Assembly (NCBI GenBank): GCA_950097015.1
Contig: CATNEN010000001.1
Span: 5,146,001 to 5,210,000 of the forward strand
Origin: Macrostomum hystrix
Lineage: Eukaryota; Animalia; Platyhelminthes
Direction: 5' to 3'
DNA: 64,000 nt
The notes beneath the pieces are model-generated. The model was not told the DNA's origin, ran no database searches, and saw nothing but the letters and a program-made list of their open reading frames with translations. The translations under genes were made by a program, and so were the position numbers. Positions 15,001-26,841 of this stretch are shown in pieces (within the stretch, counting starts at the first letter, position 1; the number at the start of each line of letters is the position of its first letter).

Positions 15001-18000
15001 ATGGTCCATGATCCCAGATCCTCAGTTGGTCATCAATAGTCAATGATCCCAGATCCCCAGTTAGTCAGCAATGGTCAATGATTCCAGATCCCCAGTTGGT
15101 CGGCAATAGTCAATGATCCCAGATCCCCAGTTGGTCAGCAATGGTCCATGATGCCAGATCCCCAGTTGGTCAGCAATAGTCAATGATCCCAGATCCCCAG
15201 TTGGTCGGCAATAGTCAATGATCCCAGATCCCCAGTTGGTCGGCAATGGTCAATGATCCCAGATCCCCAGTTCGTCAGCAATGGTCAATGATCCCAGATC
15301 CCCAGTTGGTCAGCAATGGTCAATGATCCCAGATCCTCAGTTGGTCAGCAATGGTCCATGATCCCAGATCCCCAGTTGGTGAGCAATAGTGTTCGATCAC
15401 AGATCCTCAATAGTTCAATAACTCATAACGAATTAGTTTTTATGCACTCACCAAAAGATGGTGTTGTATAGAAGCTATTGGTTGAGCAGGAACCCATAAC
15501 AATCTAAAATGAAAAATAAAATTATTAGAGATACACTGCACAAATATGAAAAGGTTTAGCATAATTAAACAAATGTCTAGAATTTATAAACTTCAGACGA
15601 CGCGCATGATTTCGTAATCAGTAGCCAAGAGGAGATTAATCCCCACTAGGGCTTTAGAGAGATTCCCAAATGTTATCATCATTGTTTTATAATTCACTTT
15701 ACATAAAAGCAATCGTCAATGATCCCAGATCCTCAGTTGGTCAGCAATGGTCAATGATCCCAGATCCCCAGTTGGTCAGCAATGGTCCATGATCCCAAAT
15801 CCTCTGTTGGTCAGCAATAGTCAATGATCCCAGATCCCCAGTTGGTCAGCAATGGTCCATGATCCCAAATCCTCTGTTGGTCAGCAATAGTCAATGATCC
15901 CAGATCCCCAGTTGGTCAGCAATGGTCCATGATCCCAGATCCTCAGTTGGTCATCAATAGTCAATGATCCCAGATCCCCAGTTCGTCGGCAATAGTCAAT
16001 GATCCCAGATCCCCAGTTAGTCAGCAATGGTCAATGATTCCAGATCCCCAGTTGGTCGGCAATAGTCAATGATCCCAGATCCCCAGTTGGTCAGCAATGG
16101 TCCATGATGCCAGATCCCCAGTTGGTCAGCAATGGTCAATGATCCCAGATCCCCAGTTGGTCGGCAATAGTCAATGATCCCAGATCCCCAGTTGGTCAGC
16201 AATGGTCCATGATCCCAGATCCTCTGTTGGTCAGCAATAGTCAATGATCCCAGATCCCCAGTTGGTCAGCAATGGTCCATGATCCCAGATCCTCAGTTGG
16301 TCATCAATAGTCAATGATCCCAGATCCCCAGTTGGTCGGCAATAGTCAATGATCCCAGATCCCCAGTTGGTCGGCAATAGTCAATGATCCCAGATCCCCA
16401 GTTGGTCAGCAATGGTCCATGATGCCAGATCCCCAGTTGGTCAGCAATGGTCAATGATCCCAGATCCCCAGTTGGTCGGCAATAGTCAATGATCCCAGAT
16501 CCCCAGTTGGTCAGCAATGGTCCATGATCCCAGATCCTCTGTTGGTCAGCAATAGTCAATGATCCCAGATCCCCAGTTCGTCGGCAATAGTCAATGATCC
16601 CAGATCCCCAGTTAGTCAGCAATGGTCAATGATTCCAGATCCCCAGTTGGTCGGCAATAGTCAATGATCCCAGATCCCCAGTTGGTCGGCAATAGTCAAT
16701 GATCCCAGATCCCCAGTTGGTCAGCAATGGTCCATGATGCCAGATCCCCAGTTGGTCAGCAATGGTCCATGATGCCAGATCCCCAGTTGGTCAGCAATGG
16801 TCAATGATCCCAGATCCCCAGTTGGTCGGCAATAGTCAATGATCCCAGATCCCCAGTTGGTCAGCAATGGTCCATGATCCCAGATCCTCTGTTGGTCAGC
16901 AATAGTCAATGATCCCAGATCCCCAGTTCGTCGGCAATAGTCAATGATCCCAGATCCCCAGTTAGTCAGCAATGGTCAATGATTCCAGATCCCCAGTTGG
17001 TCGGCAATAGTCAATGATCCCAGATCCCCAGTTGGTCGGCAATAGTCAATGATCCCAGATCCCCAGTTGGTCAGCAATGGTCAATGATCCCAGATCCTCT
17101 GTTGGTCAGCAATAGTCAATGATCCCAGATCCCCAGTTGGTCAGCAATGGTCAATGATCCCAGATCCCCAGTTGGTCAGCAATGGTGTTCGATCACAGAT
17201 CCTCAATAGTTCAATAACTCATAACGAATTAGTTTTTATGCACTCACCAAAAGATGGTGTTGTATAGAAGCTATTGGTTGAGCAGGAACCCATAACAATC
17301 TAAAATGAAAAATATAATTATTAGAGATACACTGCACAAATATGAAAAGGTTTAGCATAATTAAACAAATGTCTAGAATTTATAAACTTCAGACGACGCG
17401 CATGATTTCGTAATCAGTAGCCAAGAGGAGATTAATCCCCACTAGGGCTTTAGAGAGATTCCCAAATGTTATCATCATTGTTTTATAATTCACTTTACAT
17501 AAAAGCAATCGTCAATGATCCCAGATCCTCAGTTGGTCAGCAATGGTCAATAATCCTAGATCCCCAGTTGGTCAGCAATGGTCCATGATCCCAGATCCTC
17601 AGTTGGTCATCAATAGTCAATGATCCCAGATCCCCAGTTCGTCGGCAATAGTCAATGATCCCAGATCCCCAGTTAGTCAGCAATGGTCAATGATTCCAGA
17701 TCCCCAGTTGGTCGGCAATAGTCAATGATCCCAGATCCCCAGTTGGTCAGCAATGGTCCATGATGCCAGATCCCCAGTTGGTCAGCAATGGTCAATGATC
17801 CCAGATCCCCAGTTGGTCGGCAATAGTCAATGATCCCAGATCCCCAGTTGGTCAGCAATGGTCCATGATCCCAGATCCTCTGTTGGTCAGCAATAGTCAA
17901 TGATCCCAGATCCCCAGTTGGTCAGCAATGGTCAATGATCCCAGATCCTCAGTTGGTCAGCAATGGTCAATGATCCCAGATCCCCAGTTGGTCAGCAATA

Positions 18001-21000
18001 GTCAATGATCCCAGATCCCCAGTTGGTCAGCAATAGTCAATGATCCCAGATCCCCAGTTGGTCAGCAATGGTCAATGATCCCAGATCCTCAGTTGGTCAG
18101 CAATGGTCAATGATCCCAGATCCTCAGTTGGTCAGCAATGGTCCATGATCCCAGATCCCCAGTTGGTCAGCAATAGTGTTCGATCACAGATCCTCAATAG
18201 TTCAATAACTCATAACGAATTAGTTTTTATGCACTCACCAAAAGATGGTGTTGTATAGAAGCTATTGGTTGAGCAGGAACCCATAACAATCTAAAATGAA
18301 AAATAAAATTATTAGAGATACACTGCACAAATATGAAAAGGTTTAGCATAATTAAACAAATGTCTAGAATTTATAAACTTCAGACGACGCGCATGATTTC
18401 GTAATCAGTAGCCAAGAGGAGATTAATCCCCACTAGGGCTTTAGAGAGATTCCCAAATGTTATCATCATTGTTTTATAATTCACTTTACATAAAAGCAAT
18501 CGTCAATGATCCCAGATCCTCAGTTGGTCAGCAATGGTCAATGATCCCAGATCCCCAGTTGGTCAGCAATGGTCCATGATCCCAGATCCTCTGTTGGTCA
18601 GCAATAGTCAATGATCCCAGATCCCCAGTTGGTCAGCAATGGTCAATAATCCTAGATCCCCAGTTGGTCAGCAATGGTCCATGATCCCAGATCCTCAGTT
18701 GGTCATCAATAGTCAATGATCCCAGATCCCCAGTTAGTCAGCAATGGTCAATGATTCCAGATCCCCAGTTGGTCGGCAATAGTCAATGATCCCAGATCCC
18801 CAGTTGGTCAGCAATGGTCCATGATGCCAGATCCCCAGTTGGTCAGCAATAGTCAATGATCCCAGATCCCCAGTTGGTCGGCAATAGTCAATGATCCCAG
18901 ATCCCCAGTTGGTCGGCAATGGTCAATGATCCCAGATCCCCAGTTCGTCAGCAATGGTCAATGATCCCAGATCCCCAGTTGGTCAGCAATGGTCAATGAT
19001 CCCAGATCCTCAGTTGGTCAGCAATGGTCCATGATCCCAGATCCCCAGTTGGTGAGCAATAGTGTTCGATCACAGATCCTCAATAGTTCAATAACTCATA
19101 ACGAATTAGTTTTTATGCACTCACCAAAAGATGGTGTTGTATAGAAGCTATTGGTTGAGCAGGAACCCATAACAATCTAAAATGAAAAATAAAATTATTA
19201 GAGATACACTGCACAAATATGAAAAGGTTTAGCATAATTAAACAAATGTCTAGAATTTATAAACTTCAGACGACGCGCATGATTTCGTAATCAGTAGCCA
19301 AGAGGAGATTAATCCCCACTAGGGCTTTAGAGAGATTCCCAAATGTTATCATCATTGTTTTATAATTCACTTTACATAAAAGCAATCGTCAATGATCCCA
19401 GATCCTCAGTTGGTCAGCAATGGTCAATGATCCCAGATCCCCAGTTGGTCAGCAATGGTCCATGATCCCAAATCCTCTGTTGGTCAGCAATAGTCAATGA
19501 TCCCAGATCCCCAGTTGGTCAGCAATGGTCCATGATCCCAAATCCTCTGTTGGTCAGCAATAGTCAATGATCCCAGATCCCCAGTTGGTCAGCAATGGTC
19601 CATGATCCCAGATCCTCAGTTGGTCATCAATAGTCAATGATCCCAGATCCCCAGTTCGTCGGCAATAGTCAATGATCCCAGATCCCCAGTTAGTCAGCAA
19701 TGGTCAATGATTCCAGATCCCCAGTTGGTCGGCAATAGTCAATGATCCCAGATCCCCAGTTGGTCAGCAATGGTCCATGATGCCAGATCCCCAGTTGGTC
19801 AGCAATGGTCAATGATCCCAGATCCCCAGTTGGTCGGCAATAGTCAATGATCCCAGATCCCCAGTTGGTCAGCAATGGTCCATGATCCCAGATCCTCTGT
19901 TGGTCAGCAATAGTCAATGATCCCAGATCCCCAGTTGGTCAGCAATGGTCCATGATCCCAGATCCTCAGTTGGTCATCAATAGTCAATGATCCCAGATCC
20001 CCAGTTGGTCGGCAATAGTCAATGATCCCAGATCCCCAGTTGGTCGGCAATAGTCAATGATCCCAGATCCCCAGTTGGTCAGCAATGGTCCATGATGCCA
20101 GATCCCCAGTTGGTCAGCAATGGTCAATGATCCCAGATCCCCAGTTGGTCGGCAATAGTCAATGATCCCAGATCCCCAGTTGGTCAGCAATGGTCCATGA
20201 TCCCAGATCCTCTGTTGGTCAGCAATAGTCAATGATCCCAGATCCCCAGTTCGTCGGCAATAGTCAATGATCCCAGATCCCCAGTTAGTCAGCAATGGTC
20301 AATGATTCCAGATCCCCAGTTGGTCGGCAATAGTCAATGATCCCAGATCCCCAGTTGGTCGGCAATAGTCAATGATCCCAGATCCCCAGTTGGTCAGCAA
20401 TGGTCCATGATGCCAGATCCCCAGTTGGTCAGCAATGGTCCATGATTCCAGATCCCCAGTTGGTCGGCAATAGTCAATGATCCCAGATCCCCAGTTGGTC
20501 AGCAATGGTCCATGATGCCAGATCCCCAGTTGGTCAGCAATGGTCAATGATCCCAGATCCCCAGTTGGTCAGCAATAGTCAATGATCCCAGATCCCCAGT
20601 TGGTCAGCAATGGTCCATGATCCCAGATCCTCTGTTGGTCAGCAATAGTCAATGATCCCAGATCCCCAGTTGGTCAGCAATGGTCAATGATCCCAGATCC
20701 CCAGTTGGTCAGCAATGGTCAATGATCCCAGATCCTCAGTTGGTCAGCAATGGTCAATGATCCCAGATCCCCAGTTGGTCAGCAATAGTGTTCGATCACA
20801 GATCCTCAATAGTTCAATAACTCATAACGAATTAGTTTTTATGCACTCACCAAAAGATGGTGTTGTATAGAAGCTATTAGTTGAGCAGGAACCCATAACA
20901 ATCTAAAATGAAAAATAAAATTATTAGAGATACACTGCACAAATATGAAAAGGTTTAGCATAATTAAACAAATGTCTAGAATTTATAAACTTCAGACGAC

Positions 21001-22113
21001 GCGCATGATTTCGTAATCAGTAGCCAAGAGGAGATTAATCCCCACTAGGGCTTTAGAGAGATTCCCAAATGTTATCATCATTGTTTTATAATTCACTTTA
21101 CATAAAAGCAATCGTCAATGATCCCAGATCCTCAGTTGGTCAGCAATGGTCAATGATCCCAGATCCCAAGTTGGTCAGCAATGGTCCATGATCCCAGATC
21201 CTCTGTTGGTCAGCAATAGTCAATGATCCCAGATCCCCAGTTGGTCAGCAATGGTCAATAATCCTAGATCCCCAGTTGGTCAGCAATGGTCCATGATCCC
21301 AGATCCTCAGTTGGTCATCAATAGTCAATGATCCCAGATCCCCAGTTAGTCAGCAATGGTCAATGATTCCAGATCCCCAGTTAGTCAGCAATGGTCAATG
21401 ATTCCAGATCCCCAGTTGGTCAGCAATGGTCAATGATCCCAGATCCTCAGTTGGTCAGCAATGGTCCATGATTCCAGATCCCCAGTTAGTCAGCAATGGT
21501 CAATGATTCCAGATCCCCAGTTGGTCAGCAATGGTCCATGATCCCAGATCCTCAGTTGGTCATCAATAGTCAATGATCCCAGATCCTCTGTTGGTCAGCA
21601 ATAGTCAATGATCCCAGATCCCCAGTTGGTCAGCAATGGTCAATAATCCTAGATCCCCAGTTGGTCAGCAATGGTCCATGATCCCAGATCCTCAGTTGGT
21701 CATCAATAGTCAATGATCCCAGATCCCCAGTTAGTCAGCAATGGTCAATGATTCCAGATCCCCAGTTAGTCAGCAATGGTCAATGATCCCAGATCCCCAG
21801 TTGGTCGGCAATAGTCAATGATCCCAGATCCCCAGTTGGTCAGCAATGGTCCATGATGCCAGATCCCCAGTTGGTCAGCAATGGTCAATGATTCCAGATC
21901 CCCAGTTGGTCGGCAATAGTCAATGATCCCAGATCCCCAGTTGGTCGGCAATGGTCAATGATCCCAGATCCCCAGTTCGTCAGCAATGGTCCATGATCCC
22001 AGATCCCCAGTTGGTCAGCAATGGTCAATGATCCCAGATCCTCAGTTGGTCAGCAATGGTCCATGATCCCAGATCCCCAGTTGGTGAGCAATAGTGTTCG
22101 ATCACAGATCCTC
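1..22113. repeat. Composite macrosatellite: 35-bp minisatellite arrays (consensus GTCAATGATCCCAGATCCCCAGTTGGTCAGCAATG) separated by 18 near-identical ~300-bp AT-rich spacers; continues past the left window edge
   Basis: 35-bp period visible throughout. The spacer AATAGTTCAATAACTCATAACG...ACATAAAAGCAATC follows the array-end motif GTGTTCGATCACAGATCCTC at about 266, 1257, 2528, 3834, 4895, 5991, 7506, 8428, 10049, 10935, 12556, 13512, 14503, 15389, 17185, 18176, 19062 and 20788. The final array-end motif at ~22094 runs into different sequence. Confidence 0.97.
20851..20902 (-). other. Putative 52-nt exon (rightmost of 18 copies; leftmost copy 329-380) inside the macrosatellite spacer
   Basis: Minus strand reads ttttatttttcattttAG|ATTGTTATGGGTTCCTGCTCAACYAATAGCTTCTATACAACACCATCTTTTG|GTGAGTgc, i.e. 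a strong polypyrimidine acceptor and a consensus donor. Frame 1 = IVMGSCSTNSFYTTPSF. Confidence 0.55.
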
Positions 22114-22505
22114 TTGTAGATCAACTATTACACTCCTAGAGCTCCGTAAATCTTGTAGATCAACAATTACACTCCTAGATATCCATAAGCCTTGTAGATC
22201 AAGAATTACACTCCTAGATATCCGAAAGTATTGTGGATCAACACTTACACTCCTAGAGCTCCGTAAACCTTGTAGATCAACAATTACACTCCTAAAGCTC
22301 TGTAAATCTTGTAGATCAACAATTACACTCCTAGATCTCCGTAAGTCTTGTAGATCAACAATTACACTGCTAGATATCCGAAAGTCTTGTAGATCAACAA
22401 TTACACTGCTAGATATCCGAAAGTCTTGTAGATCAACAATTACACTGCTAGATATCCGAAAGTCTTGTAGATCAACTATTACACCACTAGATCTCCGTAA
22501 ACATT
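22112..22505. repeat. 39-bp minisatellite (~10 copies, CTTGTAGATCAACAATTACACTCCTAGATATCCGAAAGT-like)
   Basis: Direct inspection; 13-aa periodicity in spurious ORFs 22094..22549 and 22102..22602. Confidence 0.92.
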
Positions 22506-22653
22506 GTAAGGCGCTAGCTAGTTGTAAACTAATTAGTTCTATTTTATAACTGGCACAGTAGTAGTCTAGGCATATACCAGTTGCTAGAACTTTACCAAGC
22601 ATTGTAATAAAAAGGGCAAGAAGATAATTAACCTCCTAATAGAATGATCGCTT

Positions 22654-22801
22654 ACCGTTAATTAGTCGGGTTTCGTGTAAGTTTCCGAGATTTATCATTA
22701 TCCTACCATTGGCTGTATGCTTTACAATGCAAGCCGTAGTGGTAGTGAATTTATTTTTATAATCCGTTAGCGAAGACCAGATTGGGGCTGAAATGAGTCA
22801 C
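22654..22801 (-). promoter_or_regulatory. Possible Pol II promoter and first exon of a minus-strand gene running into the macrosatellite
   Basis: On the minus strand: AP-1-like TGA(G/C)TCA (~22794-22800), CCAAT (~22782-22786), TATAAAA (~22755-22761), then a CG|GTAAG donor at 22656/22655. Motif-level evidence only. Confidence 0.3.
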
Positions 22802-23797
22802 ACATTGTCGTATCTTTTTTTGTAGAATTAATGCTACTATAAGTAGAACAATATGGACCAGGACAGATAAATTGGAAATGACACCAAAAAACCAGTTGGA
22901 TAATTGGCGGTGAATTTGAAAGACTGTGAACAACTACATTAGTCCAATGTGGAGTTGTTTCAATGCAGACACGAATTGTTTTAGTTCAGTCAAGAATTAA
23001 GAATCGAACTCCAGACTTTCAAAGACATGAGTAGGACTATCTAACAAACTACTAGGCCTACTTAAAACAAGCAAAACAAAAATAAGATAAGACAGCAAGC
23101 CAGGTTTGATGTGCCTATATTTATGTACGATTATTAGAACTTTTTCATTGTCCAAAATTGACACAAAAGTTTTGAAACAGCCCGCCATGTTTCATATGCA
23201 TTATAATAAGTATTAATCATTTGAGTTATTATAATCGTGACACGTTTAGCGGGGAAATTGTTTTAGCAACAGCTGTTTCGATTAGACGTTCTTATAGAAA
23301 AAACTACTTTTAAAACGAAAGCAAAAGATGAAATGGTTAGTAGTATTTGACGCAAAAAGATGTTCATTAATTATTCAAAATTATTAGCGAACACAATATT
23401 AAACCATTAAATGCAACTATCATTTAGACATTTGATTTATTTGTTATTTCAGACCGTAACAGTTTAAAGAGAAAGCCAAGACTCGATAAAGATGACACAC
23501 CGGAAGAAAGAAAAATATTGGGCCACGCACAAGAATCATACTACTTATTAGTTAAGTAGATAATTCAACACCAGGCAGTTAGTTAAATTGACTTATAAAC
23601 GACAAAAAGAACAAATTGATACAATTTGGACAACATCAAGCTTCAAGATTGCATTAGAAAATAGAGAACAGTAGTTACTTAGTAAAGAATTTTCTAGTTA
23701 TATAAAAATTTTGACGAAAATAAGTAGTCTATTTTAAACGACTGGTTCTTCTCAATGTTGCGGCGACAATAGAAACACAAAGGACGCATACTTAGGC

Positions 23798-23886
23798 TTA
23801 ACAATCTTCTTCTTTGTCTTCGTCGTCCTCCTCGCCGACATCCTCTTCGTCAATATCTTCTTCCTCTTCATCATCGTCATCCTCGT
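23798..23886 (-). CDS. SET: SET / TAF-I (NAP family histone chaperone), coding exon 4: acidic tail and stop
   Basis: acAG acceptor at 23888-23887; encodes (D)EDDDDEEEEDIDEEDVGEEDDEDKEEDC*; phase matches exon 3. Confidence 0.9.
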
Positions 23887-23899
23887 CTGTTAAATGAAT

Positions 23900-25185
23900 T
23901 TGTAAATCAGTTCAGTAAGATTTTAAATCAGTTCAGTGAGATTGTGAATCAGTTCATTAAGATTGTGAATAGTTCAGTGAATCAGTTTAGTGAGATTGTG
24001 AATAGTTCAGTGAATCAGTTCATTAAGATTGTGAATAGTTCAGTGAGATTGTGAATCAGTTCAGTAAGATTGTGAATCAGTTCAGTGAGATTGTGAATCA
24101 GTTCAGTGAGATTGTGAATCAGTTCAGTGAGATTGTGAATCAGTTCAGTAAGATTGTGAATCAGTTCAGTGAGATTGTGAATCTCTTCAGTGAGATTGTG
24201 AATCTCTTCAGTGAGATTGTGAATCAGTTCAGTGAGATTGTGAATCAGTTCAGTAAGATTGTGAATCAGTTCAGTGAGATTGTGAATCTCTTCAGTGAGA
24301 TTGTGAATCAGTTTAGTAAGATTTTGAATCAGTTCATCAAGATTTTGAATCAGTTCATTAAGATTTTGAATCAGTTCATTAAGATTTTGAATCAGTTCAT
24401 TAAGATTTTGAATCAGTTCATTAAGATTGTGAATCAGTTCAGTGAGATTGTGAATCAGTTTAGTAAGATTGTGAATCAGTTCATTAAGATTGTGAATGAG
24501 TTTAGTGAGATTGTGAATCAGTTCATTAAGATTGTGAATGAGTTTAGTGAGATTGTGAATCAGTTTAGTAAGATTGGGAATCAGTTCATTAAGATTGTGA
24601 ATGAGTTCAGTGAGATTGTGAATCAGTTTAGTAAAATTGGGAATCAGTTCATTAATATTGTGAATAGTTCAGTGAGATTGTGAATCAGTTCATTAGGAAT
24701 GTGAATATGTTCAGTAAGATTGTGTATCAGTTTAGTAAGATTGGGAATCAGTTCATTAATATTGTGAATAGTTCAGTGAGATTGTGAATCAGTTTAGTAA
24801 GATTGTGAATCAGTTCATTAATATTGTGAATAGTTCAGTGAGATTGTGAATCAGTTCATTAGGAATGTGAATATGTTCAGTAAGATTGTGTATCAGTTTA
24901 GTAAGATTGGGAATCAGTTCATTAATATTGTGAATAGTTCAGTGAGATTGTGAATCAGTTTAGTAAGATTGTGAATCAGTTCATTAAGATTGTGAATGAG
25001 TTTAGTGAGATTGTGAATCAGTTTAGTAAGATTGGGAATCAGTTCATTAAGATTGTGAATGAGTTCAGTGAGATTGTGAATCAGTTTAGTAAAATTGCGA
25101 ATCAGTTCCCAATGATTGATTGTGATAAGATTGTGAATGAGTTCAGTGACACTGTGAATCAGTTCAGTCAGATTGTGAATCAGAG
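23900..25185. repeat. 21-bp minisatellite (GATTGTGAATCAGTTCAGTGA) filling SET intron 3
   Basis: Direct inspection; 7-aa period in spurious ORF 24051..24683. Confidence 0.95.
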
Positions 25186-25214
25186 CTCTAAATATTCAGA
25201 GATAAATCACTGAC

Positions 25215-25530
25215 CGCCCATAGCGCTATCGTCCATCTCGGAAGCCAGATAGTACTGCAGAGGGTTAGGCCAAATATCGTCCTTAATAATTTCGCCCAGC
25301 TCGTCCTGAGTGGCGTCGCCTTGATCGGCGAACCACGCAAAGAAGGAGTCGGAGTCTTCAAACGATCGCTTCTTGCCGGGCTTACCGCCGGCGTTGTTGG
25401 CCTTCTTAATTGGATCTTTGCCGGCTTGCCAATCGATTGGAGAGAATTCGGTGCGTGGCTCGCCGCTCTCGCCTAGGTGAAATTCTTTCCAAAGAACTTC
25501 GTTCTTGAAGAACGGATTCTTGTCGAAAGT
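25215..25530 (-). CDS. SET: SET coding exon 3
   Basis: TFDKNPFFKNEVLWKEFHLGESGEP...SFFAWF...DELGEIIKDDIWPNPLQYYL, the hallmark SET/NAP C-terminal motifs; AG and GT boundaries in phase (316 bp). Confidence 0.95.
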
Positions 25531-25736
25531 CTAGATGTTGGTAGGCAAAGTAAGGGACTGATTTTTAAAGAAAGTACTATTCAGCTAAAAACCTTAGCTG
25601 ATGCTGGTACCAATTTAACAGCTGGGTGAAGAGAACTAATACAGAGTAACGTGAAATAGCTTAAGGATACAAATTGTTTAAGTGAAGTCGGGAGTCGAAC
25701 CCATGACCTTCAAAAAAGAGAATCAATCTAACTTAC

Positions 25737-26041
25737 AAACGATACTTTGTAGCCAGACTTGATATCTTCAAATTCTTTAACTTCAACCTTCTTCAGGTAT
25801 TGAAGCATCTCTTCGTCTTCCTCATTGAGCATGCTAGACACCTGTGGATGATTGATAAAGGCTGTCACCCAGAAGTTAGGAATCTTGGCAATCAACTCTG
25901 AGCGTTTAACAAAGTGTGGCTGACGCAATTTGTTGTACTTCTGCTCGACCTTGAGAATCTCTTCGCTGGCAGCCTCATTAAGCTTGTCAATTTCAGTTTG
26001 AACTTCGTCAATCTTCTCAATAGCTTCATGAGTGGCTTTCT
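25737..26041 (-). CDS. SET: SET coding exon 2
   Basis: [37 protein letters not shown]...[17 protein letters not shown]...EFEDIKSGY closely matches known SET proteins; tAG acceptor, GTAAGT donor. Confidence 0.96.
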
Positions 26042-26285
26042 CTACAAAATCAAGTTTAAAAAAAGTAATTAACAAGAAGTCAAAGTGATAACATCAAAAA
26101 TTTCATAAGTAATACATAAATATACATCAAAAATACATAAATATCATTTTGTTAACAAAGTTGATAGCACAAAACACAAAATTGCAAATGAATGTATGTG
26201 AACTACTCAATAAAATAAATAAATCTTGCTTTTAAATAAAATATGCCAACATTTCTAAGATTGTGATAATTAGGTAAAACAAAAT

Positions 26286-26841
26286 GGTTAATGGTCATTT
26301 TGTCTGCCCCCTTTTTGTCTGACAATATATTATATAGTCCATTCATATGCTAATTTAGGCATTAGTTGGAATAACCAATTATGTCATCAAGCTTTGTAAT
26401 GTAAATGCAATGTAAATGTTTTGTAATTTATAATTTGTTATAATGCTTTGTTCTGAAAGTTCCGGAGCTAATTTGTAGCCTATAATTGATGAGCTAATAC
26501 ATTCACATGACCTGAATTACACTTTCAATGTTGCCAATGGTTGCATCTGTCACACTGAAGGGCATTCTACTTAACTATAACAACAGCATAGCAAACAACA
26601 CAATCATCCATGAATACTAAAGCTAAAGCCATGAAGACTAAAATATTCTTCTTAAAAGACTGTTTCATAATTCTGATAATATTCCTATGAATGAATTGTA
26701 TAAGTTTATTTTGCTAAAAATATTTATCATTATATATACACTTTCTGTTATAAAAAATGTTTGAGAATAATATGTTCTTACAGTTCATATACTTTTTCAA
26801 AATACGTAGTTGTTATGTCAGCAGACAAAATGACCCACACC
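26286..26841. mobile_element. Small non-autonomous TIR element (MITE-like) in SET intron 1
   Basis: GGTCATTTTGTCTGC at ~26293 and its reverse complement GCAGACAAAATGACC at 26821; ends and TSD not resolved. Confidence 0.5.

Noticed and set aside
859-21951. Many short minus-strand ORFs (TIADQ.../LTNWGSG...)
   Set aside because: They are translations of the 35-bp unit cycling through frames, mostly with non-ATG starts.
1-22113. CRISPR-like repeat/spacer appearance
   Set aside because: Spacers are identical and ~300 bp, repeats are tandem, the context is eukaryotic and there are no cas genes.
22094-22602. LRR-looking ORFs on both strands
   Set aside because: They come from a 39-bp minisatellite open on both strands, with no ATG or splice support.
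24051-25213. Heptad coiled-coil ORFs (IVNQFSE)n
   Set aside because: 21-bp minisatellite antisense within SET intron 3.
25688-25712. tRNA T-arm / B-box (GGTTCGACTCCC on the minus strand)
   Set aside because: No cloverleaf; probably a SINE fragment.
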